NCBI GenBank assembly: GCA_913043205.1
Contig: CAJWLF010000002.1
Location: 109,206 to 173,205, forward strand
Direction: 5' to 3'
Source of the DNA: an uncultured Chloroflexota bacterium
GTDB taxonomy: Bacteria > Chloroflexota > UBA11872 > VXNJ01
Length of the DNA: 64,000 nt
In this document: one piece after another, positions 44,707-54,356 of the stretch
Position numbering within the stretch: position 1 is the first letter of the stretch
Layout of the letters: every line of letters starts with the position of its first letter
Program-made: the position numbers and the translations under genes
The notes under the pieces: model-generated
What the model saw: only the letters and a program-made list of their open reading frames with translations
Databases searched by the model: none
Told to the model about the DNA's origin: nothing

Positions 44707-46698
44707 TTGTGTGTACTTTCAGCGTGTGAAGTTTTCGTATCCACGGTGGCCCCAACGCCCACTCTAGTAAGCCAGGCTAACACTGGAACTAGAGTGATGA
44801 CCGACGTAAAGAAGGGGCTAGTCGAAGAAGCAATCAGATCCACAGGGCGGCTAGAGGCCGATAAACGGGAAGATCTGTTCTTTCGTGCACCCGGAAGAAT
44901 AAAAGATATTGCAGTTCGACAGGGAGATTTGGTGAAAACAGGCCAGATACTCGCAGAGTTAGAATTGGGTGGATTGGAATCTCAAGTTGCTGACGCTAAG
45001 AAGGCGTTCGAGACTACGGATCTGCGGGTAAAGTCTGCCGAGTCAGCTCTAAGTGCAGCTCGCTCTGCTGCCACACAGGCATGGTTACTCGCTGAAAACG
45101 ATGCGATATTCCGTAACCAGTCATTGAAAGACTTGCAGAATGGAGGAAACCCTGCAGATGTGGGCTTGGCTGAAGCAGCGGTAGCAAAGGCTTCAATAGC
45201 CTTAATCGACGCACAACGAAAATATGATTCATTGATAGCCGCCGGAGCGTTGTCTGATAAAGCAGCATCGAGTACAGCAGCTCAAATGGAAGCAAATAGA
45301 GTAAAAGCCGCACAAGAAACCGAAGGGATTCGAGCCCGTAAAAAACCCAGCCTAGAGAGTGCCAAAGTCGAAGCCAGCAAAAGATTAACCGAATTGGAAT
45401 CGGCAAGAGACGAAGCCTTGACGGCATTTTACGAGTCAGAGAAGTCGCTTGAAGACACCCTAAACCAACCGACAGCATCCGCTAAAAGAGATGCTGAAGT
45501 AATATTCGAGAAGGCTAAACTTACCCATCAAGAAGTGATAGGTGGGAGTGGTTCAACAGAGAAGAAACAGAAAGCTGAATTAGATTTCCAAGAGGCCACC
45601 CGAACTTACAACGATTCTCTTTTGCCAGCAAGTGCTGCTGAGATAGCAAAAGCAAAGACAGCCGTGACTACTGCCAGATCGGCATCTACCAAAGCCGCTA
45701 ATAATCTAGCGGAGGCCTTGGGCAACGGGTCACGCCAACAAGCGATAGATCGACTAGCGATACAGGTGCAAGGCGAATACGACGATGAACTGGCTATTGC
45801 GGAAGCAGCTGAGCTAACGGCCACTCTAGCGGCCGAATCCGCATTGCTAGATACAAAAGATGTTTCTGCAGGTCTCGGCACGGCTGAGTTACAGAAAGTC
45901 CGTTACGGATTAAATGAAGCCCGTGCAACTCTTTCAAAAACAAAAGAGCAATTGCGTAAGTTGAATAGCCCGACTGAAGACGAGCTTCAGGTCGCGAAAA
46001 ACCTAGCATTAGCCGCCGAAACCAAACGTAAAGATACTAAGCAAAAAGTTGAACAGTATGAGTCAAAAACATCTTCCAAAGACATGGACCTGATAATTCT
46101 TCGTAATAGTCGCGATCAAGCTCGAATAAAATTGGAGCGATTTCAAGAACAAGAATTTGAGAATCAGATTATTGCTCCGTTTGATGGGGAGATCACATTC
46201 GTCCAGGGCAAGGCTGGAGACCAGGTGGCTGCATACAAAGAAATTATCGGATTGGCAGACCAGGGCAAATTGGTCGTCGAAGCCCTGATTGCAGAGGTAG
46301 ATCAACCGTCACTGTCTGTAGGACAGGCTGTGGAAGTAGTGCTCGATGCATTCCCAGGGCAAACATTTGAAGGCAAGGTAGCATCACTGCCTCGAAACAT
46401 AGTTAGTAGTACCGGTCAATCGGTAAAAGTTCCAGAAACTAAATTTAACGTCGATTTGGGCACCGCCCCTGCCGAGCTTGGAATGCTCGCCAGGCTCAAA
46501 ATAACCATAGAAGTCAAAGACAACGTTCTTTTAGTTCCCATCAGCGCTGTCCGAACAGTGAACCGCAGGGAATTTGTCGAAACAGTAATAGATGGACAAA
46601 GAAGAAGCTTACCGGTCACCACCGGTATTAGAAGTGATTTAGATGTGGAGATAGTGAATGGCCTTGAGGAAGGAATGTCAATCTTCGCTGCCCCTTAG
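44707..46698 (+). CDS. efflux transporter periplasmic adaptor (HlyD/MFP family) lipoprotein with an unusually long (~400 aa) coiled coil; translation probably initiates upstream at the CTG at 44659
   Basis: C-terminal MFP beta-barrel/MP domains (IIAPFDGEITFVQGKAGDQVAA...; LLVPISAV). Huge A/E/K-rich coiled-coil region. The upstream in-frame sequence LKSASKFTVCLLATAALCVLSAC is a textbook lipoprotein signal with an LSAC lipobox, preceded by an AGGTGA SD 6 nt before the CTG. Confidence 0.8.
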   Translation: MCVLSACEVFVSTVAPTPTLVSQANTGTRVMTDVKKGLVEEAIRSTGRLEADKREDLFFRAPGRIKDIAVRQGDLVKTGQILAELELGGLESQVADAKKAFETTDLRVKSAESALSAARSAATQAWLLAENDAIFRNQSLKDLQNGGNPADVGLAEAAVAKASIALIDAQRKYDSLIAAGALSDKAASSTAAQMEANRVKAAQETEGIRARKKPSLESAKVEASKRLTELESARDEALTAFYESEKSLEDTLNQPTASAKRDAEVIFEKAKLTHQEVIGGSGSTEKKQKAELDFQEATRTYNDSLLPASAAEIAKAKTAVTTARSASTKAANNLAEALGNGSRQQAIDRLAIQVQGEYDDELAIAEAAELTATLAAESALLDTKDVSAGLGTAELQKVRYGLNEARATLSKTKEQLRKLNSPTEDELQVAKNLALAAETKRKDTKQKVEQYESKTSSKDMDLIILRNSRDQARIKLERFQEQEFENQIIAPFDGEITFVQGKAGDQVAAYKEIIGLADQGKLVVEALIAEVDQPSLSVGQAVEVVLDAFPGQTFEGKVASLPRNIVSSTGQSVKVPETKFNVDLGTAPAELGMLARLKITIEVKDNVLLVPISAVRTVNRREFVETVIDGQRRSLPVTTGIRSDLDVEIVNGLEEGMSIFAAP

Positions 46699-46731
46699 AA
46701 TTGGCAGCTTCATTATGTTTGGGATGTACTA

Positions 46732-49605
46732 TTGATTTACTCGCTAGTGGCTTTCGCGGCCAAAAGATTGTGGAACAATGGGCTCCTGATCCTTAGTACG
46801 GCTTTCGGACTCCTGATCGCGGCAACTCTAGTAACAGCAATCCCTATGTTCGCAGAGGGGATAAGTGAATTATTACTAAAGAAGGAACTTGAGAAGCCGA
46901 ATCTGCGTATATCAGGATTGCCTGCAAGCGCCGTGCAGCTACGCCATTTTAGTCGTCATAAAACTAATGAACCACCAACGTCAGTTTCGACCTACTTAGA
47001 AGCAGATGCCTTTTACTCCACCCAAATGAGCGCAATTGTAGGACTTGAAGAAGAAATCCAAGTGAGTTACCTGCAGACAGACGTCGTTCCCCTTATGAGA
47101 TTTTCAGATGACACCGAGTCTCTGCTCAAAGCGCGAGGCCTAAACTACGGCTTCTTCGTTACCATCGATGACCAAAACAACCATGTCAAATTGCTAGAAG
47201 GGCGACTCCCTGAAAGCACCTGGGGCACGGTTGTCGAAGAAGGCTCAGGGCAACAATTACCCCTAATCGAAGCCATGATGATAAATGATTCTCTGGACAT
47301 TCTAGGTTACTTGGTTGGTGATCGAGTGAAAACCGTATACAAGAACATCAACACCGGGCAGGAGTTCCCAATAGCCGTCGATCTAGTGGGTCGTTTTGTA
47401 CCTAAAGATCTATCGTCAGAATACTGGTTTTACAACGTAGAAAGCTCCTTCGATAGAGGAGGCATGTTTGTAAATCGGGACCTCTATTTAGACAGGCTAC
47501 TGGGAGAATATCCTGGGCTTTTTTATGAAGCAACTTGGTACTCAGATTTCAACCCAGATAGCATAAACGCCGGAAATTATCGCAGAGTTACCGGTGGTCT
47601 ATATGGCCTTCGGTCGAGCACAAATACTATCTTGCCAAATACAAAGCTAGAGTATTCCCCAGAACAAATATTCGCTGAATTCGAAAACAAGTTGTTCTTC
47701 CTGCAATTATTGCTGCTAGTACTAAGTGCTCCGGTAGTAGCAATAGTTCTCTATTACATCAGTTTGTCTGCAGGCATGGTTGTCGACAGGCAACGAGCTG
47801 AAATAGCAATATTAAAAAGTCGCGGCGTCGGGACTTTACAAATAACAAGCGTATACCTCTTAGAGGGGATTATCATCGGAGCATTCGCCTTGGCCATCGG
47901 CCCTTTACTTGCATTAGGAATGGCTCAAATCGTCGGTAAAACGTATACGTTTTTAGTGTTCACAAATAGAGAATCTCTTCCGATCGACCTATCTCCGCGC
48001 CATTATACGTACGCCGGCGGTGCTATTTTATTATCTATAGCTGCTACTTTGGTCCCCGCAATTAGTGCTGCCAGGCAGTCCATAGTGGAATACAAGGCCG
48101 GTGTGTCACGAACTACAGGAAAACCACTATTCCAACGGTTTTTCTTAGACGTAGCTCTGTTTGCATTAAGCATCTACGGCTTTATCAGTTTGCGAAATCG
48201 GGATTCATTACTTAGCGTAGGGCCTGAGGGAGAATTCTTTTCGGACCCATTATTGCTAGTAATGCCTGTGATATTCATTTTCGCTGTGGCAGTACTGTTT
48301 TTGAGATTCTTCCCATGGCTTGTGGCACTATTCGCATGGGCAGGGTCCAGATGGTGGGGGGTTGGAATTCATCTGGGACTTCGCCAAATAGGGAGAAGTC
48401 CTGGGCAATTCTCAAGGTTGGTCCTACTGCTAATTCTGACTTTGGCGTTAGGAACTTTTAGTGCATCAATGGCATCAACTATTGATCGGAATGTTACCGA
48501 CCGAGCATTGTTTGGTGTAGGAGCCCTGGCATTTATCGAAGAATCAGGAGAGTGGGACGAAGAGAATGAAGAATGGTTAATCCAACCTGTAGACGTCCAT
48601 GAAAAAGCTTCTAATGAAGACGGAGACCCACTCATTAACAATTACGCAAGATTTTGGCATAAAGGAGGGGATGGAGATGCGAAATTTGAAGTCCCTGGGC
48701 GAGGTGCCCTGGAAGATATATTTGTATATGGAATTGATCCTATTCCATTCGCAAAAACAACGTTCTGGCGACCTGATTTTTCAATTTACAATTTGAATTC
48801 ACTTGCAAATGTACTAGCTGGTGATGAACGGGCGCTTCTCGCCGATAAGTCCTATTTTGGAGACCAACTCCGCTACAATCTGGGAGACCCGATAGTAGTT
48901 CGCTTCGGACAAACTGATGTTGAATTTTTTCTATCCGGATGGATCGACAGCTTCCCAACCCATTACCCAGAGGATGGTCCATTCGTTGTCGGCAATCTTG
49001 ACTATATACACCGAAATATAGGTGAAAGCCCGTGGGATGTATTGGTACAACCAGCAAACGACGCTAGCGCTACTGAATTAGCTAACGCACTCAAACAATT
49101 AGATCTCCACATCTTGGACAGCAAAGACGCTCGAGTAATAATTCAAGACGCCCGTGATGATGCCACACAAATCGGAACCTTCGGAGTTTTAACAGCTGGG
49201 TTTGTTATATCAACCATTTTGACATTACTAGGATTTCTACTTTATTCCTTCTTCTCGTTTCGTCGCAGGTTGCAACAATTCGGGATACTGCGTGCAATGG
49301 GTCTATCCGTAAAACAGATGATCGGTCTATTCATGTTTGAAAACGGATTTTTGATTGGATTAGGAACCATAATTGGAACAATTCTCGGCATAATCACTGG
49401 CAAAATGTTTATACCGTTCCTGCAGTTAAGTGCTGATCAACAAGCTTCAACACCAACATTTGTGATCGAAACCGCATGGGGAGATATTGCCAAGATATAT
49501 ATGTTGTTCATTCTAGTTCTTGCAATCGCCGTTCCCATATCCATTTGGATGCTACGCAATATTCGGATACATGAAGCCATGAAATTTGGGGAGGAAACTG
49601 GATGA
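46732..49605 (+). CDS. ABC transporter permease with two fused FtsX-like domains (MacB/DevC-like, 957 aa)
   Basis: Two repeats of TM1, a large extracytoplasmic domain, then a 3-TM FtsX bundle (first half ~aa 300-480, second ~aa 800-957), with a conserved FtsX C-terminal pattern in each. Confidence 0.85.
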   Translation: MIYSLVAFAAKRLWNNGLLILSTAFGLLIAATLVTAIPMFAEGISELLLKKELEKPNLRISGLPASAVQLRHFSRHKTNEPPTSVSTYLEADAFYSTQMSAIVGLEEEIQVSYLQTDVVPLMRFSDDTESLLKARGLNYGFFVTIDDQNNHVKLLEGRLPESTWGTVVEEGSGQQLPLIEAMMINDSLDILGYLVGDRVKTVYKNINTGQEFPIAVDLVGRFVPKDLSSEYWFYNVESSFDRGGMFVNRDLYLDRLLGEYPGLFYEATWYSDFNPDSINAGNYRRVTGGLYGLRSSTNTILPNTKLEYSPEQIFAEFENKLFFLQLLLLVLSAPVVAIVLYYISLSAGMVVDRQRAEIAILKSRGVGTLQITSVYLLEGIIIGAFALAIGPLLALGMAQIVGKTYTFLVFTNRESLPIDLSPRHYTYAGGAILLSIAATLVPAISAARQSIVEYKAGVSRTTGKPLFQRFFLDVALFALSIYGFISLRNRDSLLSVGPEGEFFSDPLLLVMPVIFIFAVAVLFLRFFPWLVALFAWAGSRWWGVGIHLGLRQIGRSPGQFSRLVLLLILTLALGTFSASMASTIDRNVTDRALFGVGALAFIEESGEWDEENEEWLIQPVDVHEKASNEDGDPLINNYARFWHKGGDGDAKFEVPGRGALEDIFVYGIDPIPFAKTTFWRPDFSIYNLNSLANVLAGDERALLADKSYFGDQLRYNLGDPIVVRFGQTDVEFFLSGWIDSFPTHYPEDGPFVVGNLDYIHRNIGESPWDVLVQPANDASATELANALKQLDLHILDSKDARVIIQDARDDATQIGTFGVLTAGFVISTILTLLGFLLYSFFSFRRRLQQFGILRAMGLSVKQMIGLFMFENGFLIGLGTIIGTILGIITGKMFIPFLQLSADQQASTPTFVIETAWGDIAKIYMLFILVLAIAVPISIWMLRNIRIHEAMKFGEETG

Positions 49606-50504
49606 GCAATCATAGTAGTATTGCAATCGGTGAACCCTACATTACGTGCGACAATCTGGTCCGCATATTCAAAGTAGCTGACTTAGAAGTGGTTGCTCTT
49701 CAAGGGCTAGATTTGATCGTCAACAAAGGGGAGTTGATGGCCATCATCGGCAATAGTGGTTCTGGCAAATCCACACTATTAAACGTGCTAGGCGGATTGG
49801 ATAGGCCAAGTGCGGGACGATGTTTAGTCGGAGGGTTAGATATAGTAAAGGCCAGCTCAGCCGAATTGGTTCGCTATAAAAGAGACATGGTCGGATTTGT
49901 TTGGCAACAAAGCTCCAGAAATATGATCCCTTACTTGTCAGCCAATGAAAATGTTCAGGCTCCTATGGTATTTGCTGGTATGTCAGCAAAAAGACGTAAG
50001 GCTAGATCTGAGGAACTGCTGGAGGCGGTAGGATTAAAAGATAGAATGCATCACCGACTAGGAGAATTGTCTGGAGGGCAACAGCAACGAGTCGCAATAG
50101 CGATATCACTTGCAAACAACCCTGATCTATTACTGGCAGACGAGCCTACAGGCGAAGTTGACAATGAGACGGCTGGACATATTTACGAAATATTACATGA
50201 CCTTAACCGCAATCAGGGATTAACTGTTGTCATCGTATCTCATGACAGAAATATAGCCAGACAAGTGGATAGGGTTGTGGCAATTCGTGACGGACGAACA
50301 AGTACCGAAACAGTGCGACGAGTTACTGATGACGGATTACCTCAATCCCACGATGAGTTCGTGATAATAGACGCTAATGGCAGACTTCAAATCCCCTCTG
50401 AATATCTTCAAGAATTGGGCATTAGAGATAGGGCAATCGTAGACGTAGAAGACGGAAACGTCATCATCCGCAAGGCCAGTGAAGACACCAGCAATGGACT
50501 CTGA
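49602..50504 (+). CDS. ABC transporter ATP-binding protein (MacB/LolD-type NBD with a C-terminal extension)
   Basis: Walker A (GNSGSGKSTLLN), signature (LSGGQQQRVAIA), Walker B (LLLADEPTG) and an H-loop (VSHD). 4-nt overlap (ATGA) with the permease gene. Confidence 0.9.
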   Translation: MSNHSSIAIGEPYITCDNLVRIFKVADLEVVALQGLDLIVNKGELMAIIGNSGSGKSTLLNVLGGLDRPSAGRCLVGGLDIVKASSAELVRYKRDMVGFVWQQSSRNMIPYLSANENVQAPMVFAGMSAKRRKARSEELLEAVGLKDRMHHRLGELSGGQQQRVAIAISLANNPDLLLADEPTGEVDNETAGHIYEILHDLNRNQGLTVVIVSHDRNIARQVDRVVAIRDGRTSTETVRRVTDDGLPQSHDEFVIIDANGRLQIPSEYLQELGIRDRAIVDVEDGNVIIRKASEDTSNGL

Positions 50505-51297
50505 CACCCCTACCATTCACACTAAAAATGAACTTGTAGAAATCGAGTCAGCATGTCGCTACTACCACGAAGGTGAAGATAACGAAGTGCGGGCAGTGGA
50601 CAAAGTTGACTTAACCATTGCCAATGCTCAATTTGTGGCATTAAGGGGTCGGTCAGGATCAGGGAAAACCACTCTACTCAACCTAATAGGCGGACTAGAT
50701 CAGGTTACCGCTGGTCGCGTGCAGTTTCGCCATACAGACTTGGCTAACATGAATGATGAAGCCCTCACAAAATTACGTCGTCACGAAATGGGATTCGTAT
50801 TTCAAACTTTCTCTCTTCTACCAGTTTTGTCTGCAGTTGAGAACGTAGAACTAACAATGAGAATAGCTGGATTGCCGAGTGGTGACCGTCGAAAAAGAGC
50901 AGAGGAACTTCTTGATTTGGTGGGACTCACCAGCAGAATGCATCACAGACCATTCGAACTCAGCGGTGGCGAACAACAGCGAGTTTCAATAGCAAGGGCA
51001 CTAGCAAATAAGCCTTCATTACTAATTGCAGATGAACCCACCGGCGCACTAGACAGTGTTACTGGACTAGAAATCATGATGCTTTTCCGGCGTATAGTGG
51101 ATGAACAGAATATTGCAATCGTAATGGCAACTCATGATCCAGCACTCAGTCAGTTCACTGATGATACGTGGCTTATGGATGATGGTAGTTTAAGCCATGC
51201 TGAGGGGCCACTGGACATAGATCTTCCAGACTTGGTCCAGCACGTAGAGTTCGACCCAGTTCCAACATCCGACGATGTGTCCGATGGAGATGTGTAA
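50494..51297 (+). CDS. ABC transporter ATP-binding protein (second NBD of the same efflux operon)
   Basis: Walker A ([12 protein letters not shown]), signature ([12 protein letters not shown]), Walker B (LLIADEPTG) and an H-loop (ATHD). The ATG at 50494 overlaps the upstream NBD stop, although the ORF track starts at a GTG at 50479. Confidence 0.88.
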   Translation: MDSDTPTIHTKNELVEIESACRYYHEGEDNEVRAVDKVDLTIANAQFVALRGRSGSGKTTLLNLIGGLDQVTAGRVQFRHTDLANMNDEALTKLRRHEMGFVFQTFSLLPVLSAVENVELTMRIAGLPSGDRRKRAEELLDLVGLTSRMHHRPFELSGGEQQRVSIARALANKPSLLIADEPTGALDSVTGLEIMMLFRRIVDEQNIAIVMATHDPALSQFTDDTWLMDDGSLSHAEGPLDIDLPDLVQHVEFDPVPTSDDVSDGDV

Positions 51298-51444
51298 ATA
51301 AACCGTGCATGTATCGATTGCCTCGACAGTTTGACACTACATTTTCGGTCAGTACTTTGCTAAAGCGATAGATAGTAGTGAAAATTATGAACACGGCCAA
51401 TATAGACAGAATTTACGGTATATCTGTAATCAATCGAGGACAAG

Positions 51445-52011
51445 ATGACTCTTCCAAATAAGAATCCCCGAGGAACACGTATTTTTGGTGATGAAGCCAA
51501 GAAGACAACTCGACGCATAAAACTACTAGGAGAGATTGATGAATTGGTGTCATCATTATCTATAGTCAGGTCACACGGTAATCCCCGATTAGATTGCACG
51601 ATTCGCCGCATACAGGCGCTTTTATTGGCTATGGGAGCCCATATTGCAGACCCTAAGGGGCGACACTCTACGAAATTAAAAGAGAGTGATTTTACCGAGT
51701 TAAAACGCTTCAGCAACACTCTTGAACAATCATTACCACCATTGAAACACTTCATTCATCCTGGCAAACCCGCCACTGCAGCTTCACTGCATCTATGTCG
51801 TTCGATCGCTCGCCGAGTTGAAAGATCAACAATTGACTTAGACACGGAAGAGCCCGTCAGCCCCGTCATATTACATGTAGCTAATGAGCTATCTGACTGT
51901 TTCTTTCACCTGGCTCGAAGCGAAGCTTGGCAGTCAGGCTCTGAGGATGAGATTTGGAAATATGCCGGACCATTGAAGAACGGTGAACTCGACGACCTTT
52001 ATTCAGGATAA
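51445..52011 (+). CDS. cob(I)yrinic acid a,c-diamide / cob(I)alamin adenosyltransferase, PduO-type
   Basis: Cob_adeno_trans pattern (RIFGDEAKKTTRRIKLLGEIDELVSSLSIV...). ~188 aa. Confidence 0.7.
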   Translation: MTLPNKNPRGTRIFGDEAKKTTRRIKLLGEIDELVSSLSIVRSHGNPRLDCTIRRIQALLLAMGAHIADPKGRHSTKLKESDFTELKRFSNTLEQSLPPLKHFIHPGKPATAASLHLCRSIARRVERSTIDLDTEEPVSPVILHVANELSDCFFHLARSEAWQSGSEDEIWKYAGPLKNGELDDLYSG

Positions 52012-52071
52012 CAAGGTCTTATTAGTGATAAGTAGTCCCTGTGACGTATTCCCTATTTTCTCTCCCATTTA

Positions 52072-52956
52072 TCAATCCCAGTCGATTACCATTCCATCTT
52101 TTCCCCACCAGACCGGACCGCCATATGCGCTTTTGACATCAGCTACGCCTTCGGTCATAGCATCCGGAGGATCCAACCTATCAGATTGATGATTGATGAC
52201 TAGGCGTTTAGCCTTTGCTTTATCTGCCATGCGACCAGCGTCGGTTGTTCCTGTTTCGGAGATGCGACTAGGATACCGAGCTATATCTCGTGCCCGATGG
52301 ACAGATTCTATAACTGTAAGATCCGCATTTCGAGAAAGTTCAACTACGGAATCGCAAGGCGCACTATCACCTGTAAATGATACGATCCCTTCATCTGTTT
52401 CAAATCTAAATCCAAAGCAATTCAGCCATGGTTGTGCGTGGCGTACTTCCATAGCACTACAGGACCACCCAGGACCGGAAGCCACCACACCCTCTCCATA
52501 CTCCTTAACCGACACAACAGGTTCAGGTCTATCCCCCTCACCTCCCCGAGAATGGTATGCGTGAATACTCATTGGATGGTTAACTCTAGCTCGAACATCG
52601 TACCAAAACACCCCCCGCTCCGGACTCCATAATCGCTCATGTAAGTCGCGCACAGGAGAAGGGCCATAAACATTCAAGACGTTTTCTTCGCCAACAGATT
52701 GATCAAACCTAGTCATAAGAAAGCAAGGGTAATCCGCTATATGATCTGAGTGTAGGTGGGTAAAAAAAAGATTGTCCACATCAGTACTAGCAATACCAGC
52801 ATGAAACAATTTGTATGTAGAAGCCGGTCCACAATCAATCATAAATCTCTGGCCTACTATGTCTAAAACAAAGCATGTGCCCCATCTATCCTTAGTAGGG
52901 GTAGGGGTACCCGCACCAATTAAGTGTAATCTAGGCATTTTTTTTATCCTTCGCAA
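52072..52956 (-). CDS. MBL-fold metallo-hydrolase
   Basis: HxHxDH motif (FTHLHSDHIADY) and further His/Asp ligands downstream. 294 aa. Confidence 0.8.
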   Translation of the reverse strand: MRRIKKMPRLHLIGAGTPTPTKDRWGTCFVLDIVGQRFMIDCGPASTYKLFHAGIASTDVDNLFFTHLHSDHIADYPCFLMTRFDQSVGEENVLNVYGPSPVRDLHERLWSPERGVFWYDVRARVNHPMSIHAYHSRGGEGDRPEPVVSVKEYGEGVVASGPGWSCSAMEVRHAQPWLNCFGFRFETDEGIVSFTGDSAPCDSVVELSRNADLTVIESVHRARDIARYPSRISETGTTDAGRMADKAKAKRLVINHQSDRLDPPDAMTEGVADVKSAYGGPVWWGKDGMVIDWD

Positions 52957-53016
52957 AATAAGAACCCATCATTTGATCTTCGACACGACATAGTCAAACA
53001 GTCCAAATCGGTTCAA

Positions 53017-54072
53017 TTAATCCCAAACTCTTTCCCATTCCCCCGACTCCACTGATTTGTACATAGCTAAAGCAGTTCTCAACTCTCCAAGAGAATATTC
53101 TGCAGACGCAGACAATTCACTACCATCTAAAATTGCTGAAGCAAAATCTGCTATTTCTAACCCAAAAGAAGCTTGGTATCCATTTCCTTGATCCATAACA
53201 ACATTACCTTCCGGATTATATTCATCATAAATCTTGATTTTCTGGCCCTGGGATCTCACAATCTTTGACTGGAATCCGCCCTCTACGACAATCTCCCCAC
53301 GTGTACCAGTAACACGCCACCACTCAGCTGGAGCCAAGACGGAGTCCACATTAAGAGCGTCAAAAGAACCAATTCTGCCACTTTGAAACTTTACTAAGGC
53401 ATGCACCAAAGATTCGCCTTGCATAGATCGCAGTGGATGATCAACAGCGGCGATAACGTCTGTGATTTCACCCATCCAAATTCTAAGCGGCCTTAACCAA
53501 TGCGATCCGCCATCTATCGTAATTCCTCCCCCAGTTCTATCTCGATCCAATCTCCAAGGGGTCCGTGGCTTCAGATCTCCAGGCTCATATTGAACCCAAA
53601 AGGACGCCTTAGCAGTGATTACTTCGCCAATGACACCCGTACGAATAAGCCGGTCAACCTCCATTATCTCAGGCCAAAACTGCGCATTTTCGGCAACTGC
53701 AAACACCAGGCCAGATTCTTTCGCACAGTTCAAAATACGATCACAAGCCTGTAGAGTCGGAGCCATTGGCTTTTCCAGCAATAAATGCTTACCTGCTTGC
53801 AGAGCAAGCAAAGACAATTCTTCATGCAAATCGTGAGGCACCATTATGTCAACAGCATCGAAATCACCGCGTTTAAGAGCCTCATCCAAAGTCGCATAGT
53901 AGGTACCATTGGTCCTCTGCACAAATCTCGCAGCCGCCTTTGGATCGGGGTCAATCAGTGCAGTAACTCGCACCCGAGGAGCATACTGTTCAATACCAGC
54001 TAAATGAGCTTTCGCTATAGATCCACAACCAACAAAAGCCAATTTCAGCACATCATTCAAGTTAGTCTTCAC
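53017..54072 (-). CDS. Gfo/Idh/MocA family oxidoreductase
   Basis: Rossmann start (LAFVGCGSIAKAH), EKP motif (LLLEKPMA) and a C-terminal domain. Confidence 0.85.
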   Translation of the reverse strand: MKTNLNDVLKLAFVGCGSIAKAHLAGIEQYAPRVRVTALIDPDPKAAARFVQRTNGTYYATLDEALKRGDFDAVDIMVPHDLHEELSLLALQAGKHLLLEKPMAPTLQACDRILNCAKESGLVFAVAENAQFWPEIMEVDRLIRTGVIGEVITAKASFWVQYEPGDLKPRTPWRLDRDRTGGGITIDGGSHWLRPLRIWMGEITDVIAAVDHPLRSMQGESLVHALVKFQSGRIGSFDALNVDSVLAPAEWWRVTGTRGEIVVEGGFQSKIVRSQGQKIKIYDEYNPEGNVVMDQGNGYQASFGLEIADFASAILDGSELSASAEYSLGELRTALAMYKSVESGEWERVWD

Positions 54073-54337
54073 CTTCGTTGCGAGACGATTTATCCGCTAT
54101 CCACCCAGCTGCGTCCCAGGGAGCTCCCCATATCCAGTACCACACACGCCTCACTAAAAGGTTGCCTCCAACAGCCCATATCACACCCAAAAACACACTC
54201 AGTACCAGAAGTGGCCAAAGCCACAAAGCCGGTATCACAATTCCAGTGGAGCTGACAGCAAAATTCAGCAACACACCAAGACCAAAGATTAGCAAAGCGA
54301 CAATCGGAAGCCTAGCTCTAGACCACCAACTATTCAT
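54062..54337 (-). CDS. hypothetical small membrane protein (2 TM helices)
   Basis: 91-aa hydrophobic ORF tightly packed between uvrB and the oxidoreductase on the same strand. No family recognised. Confidence 0.4.
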   Translation of the reverse strand: MNSWWSRARLPIVALLIFGLGVLLNFAVSSTGIVIPALWLWPLLVLSVFLGVIWAVGGNLLVRRVWYWIWGAPWDAAGWIADKSSRNEGED

Positions 54338-54356
54338 ATCGTCATCGTCATGTAAT

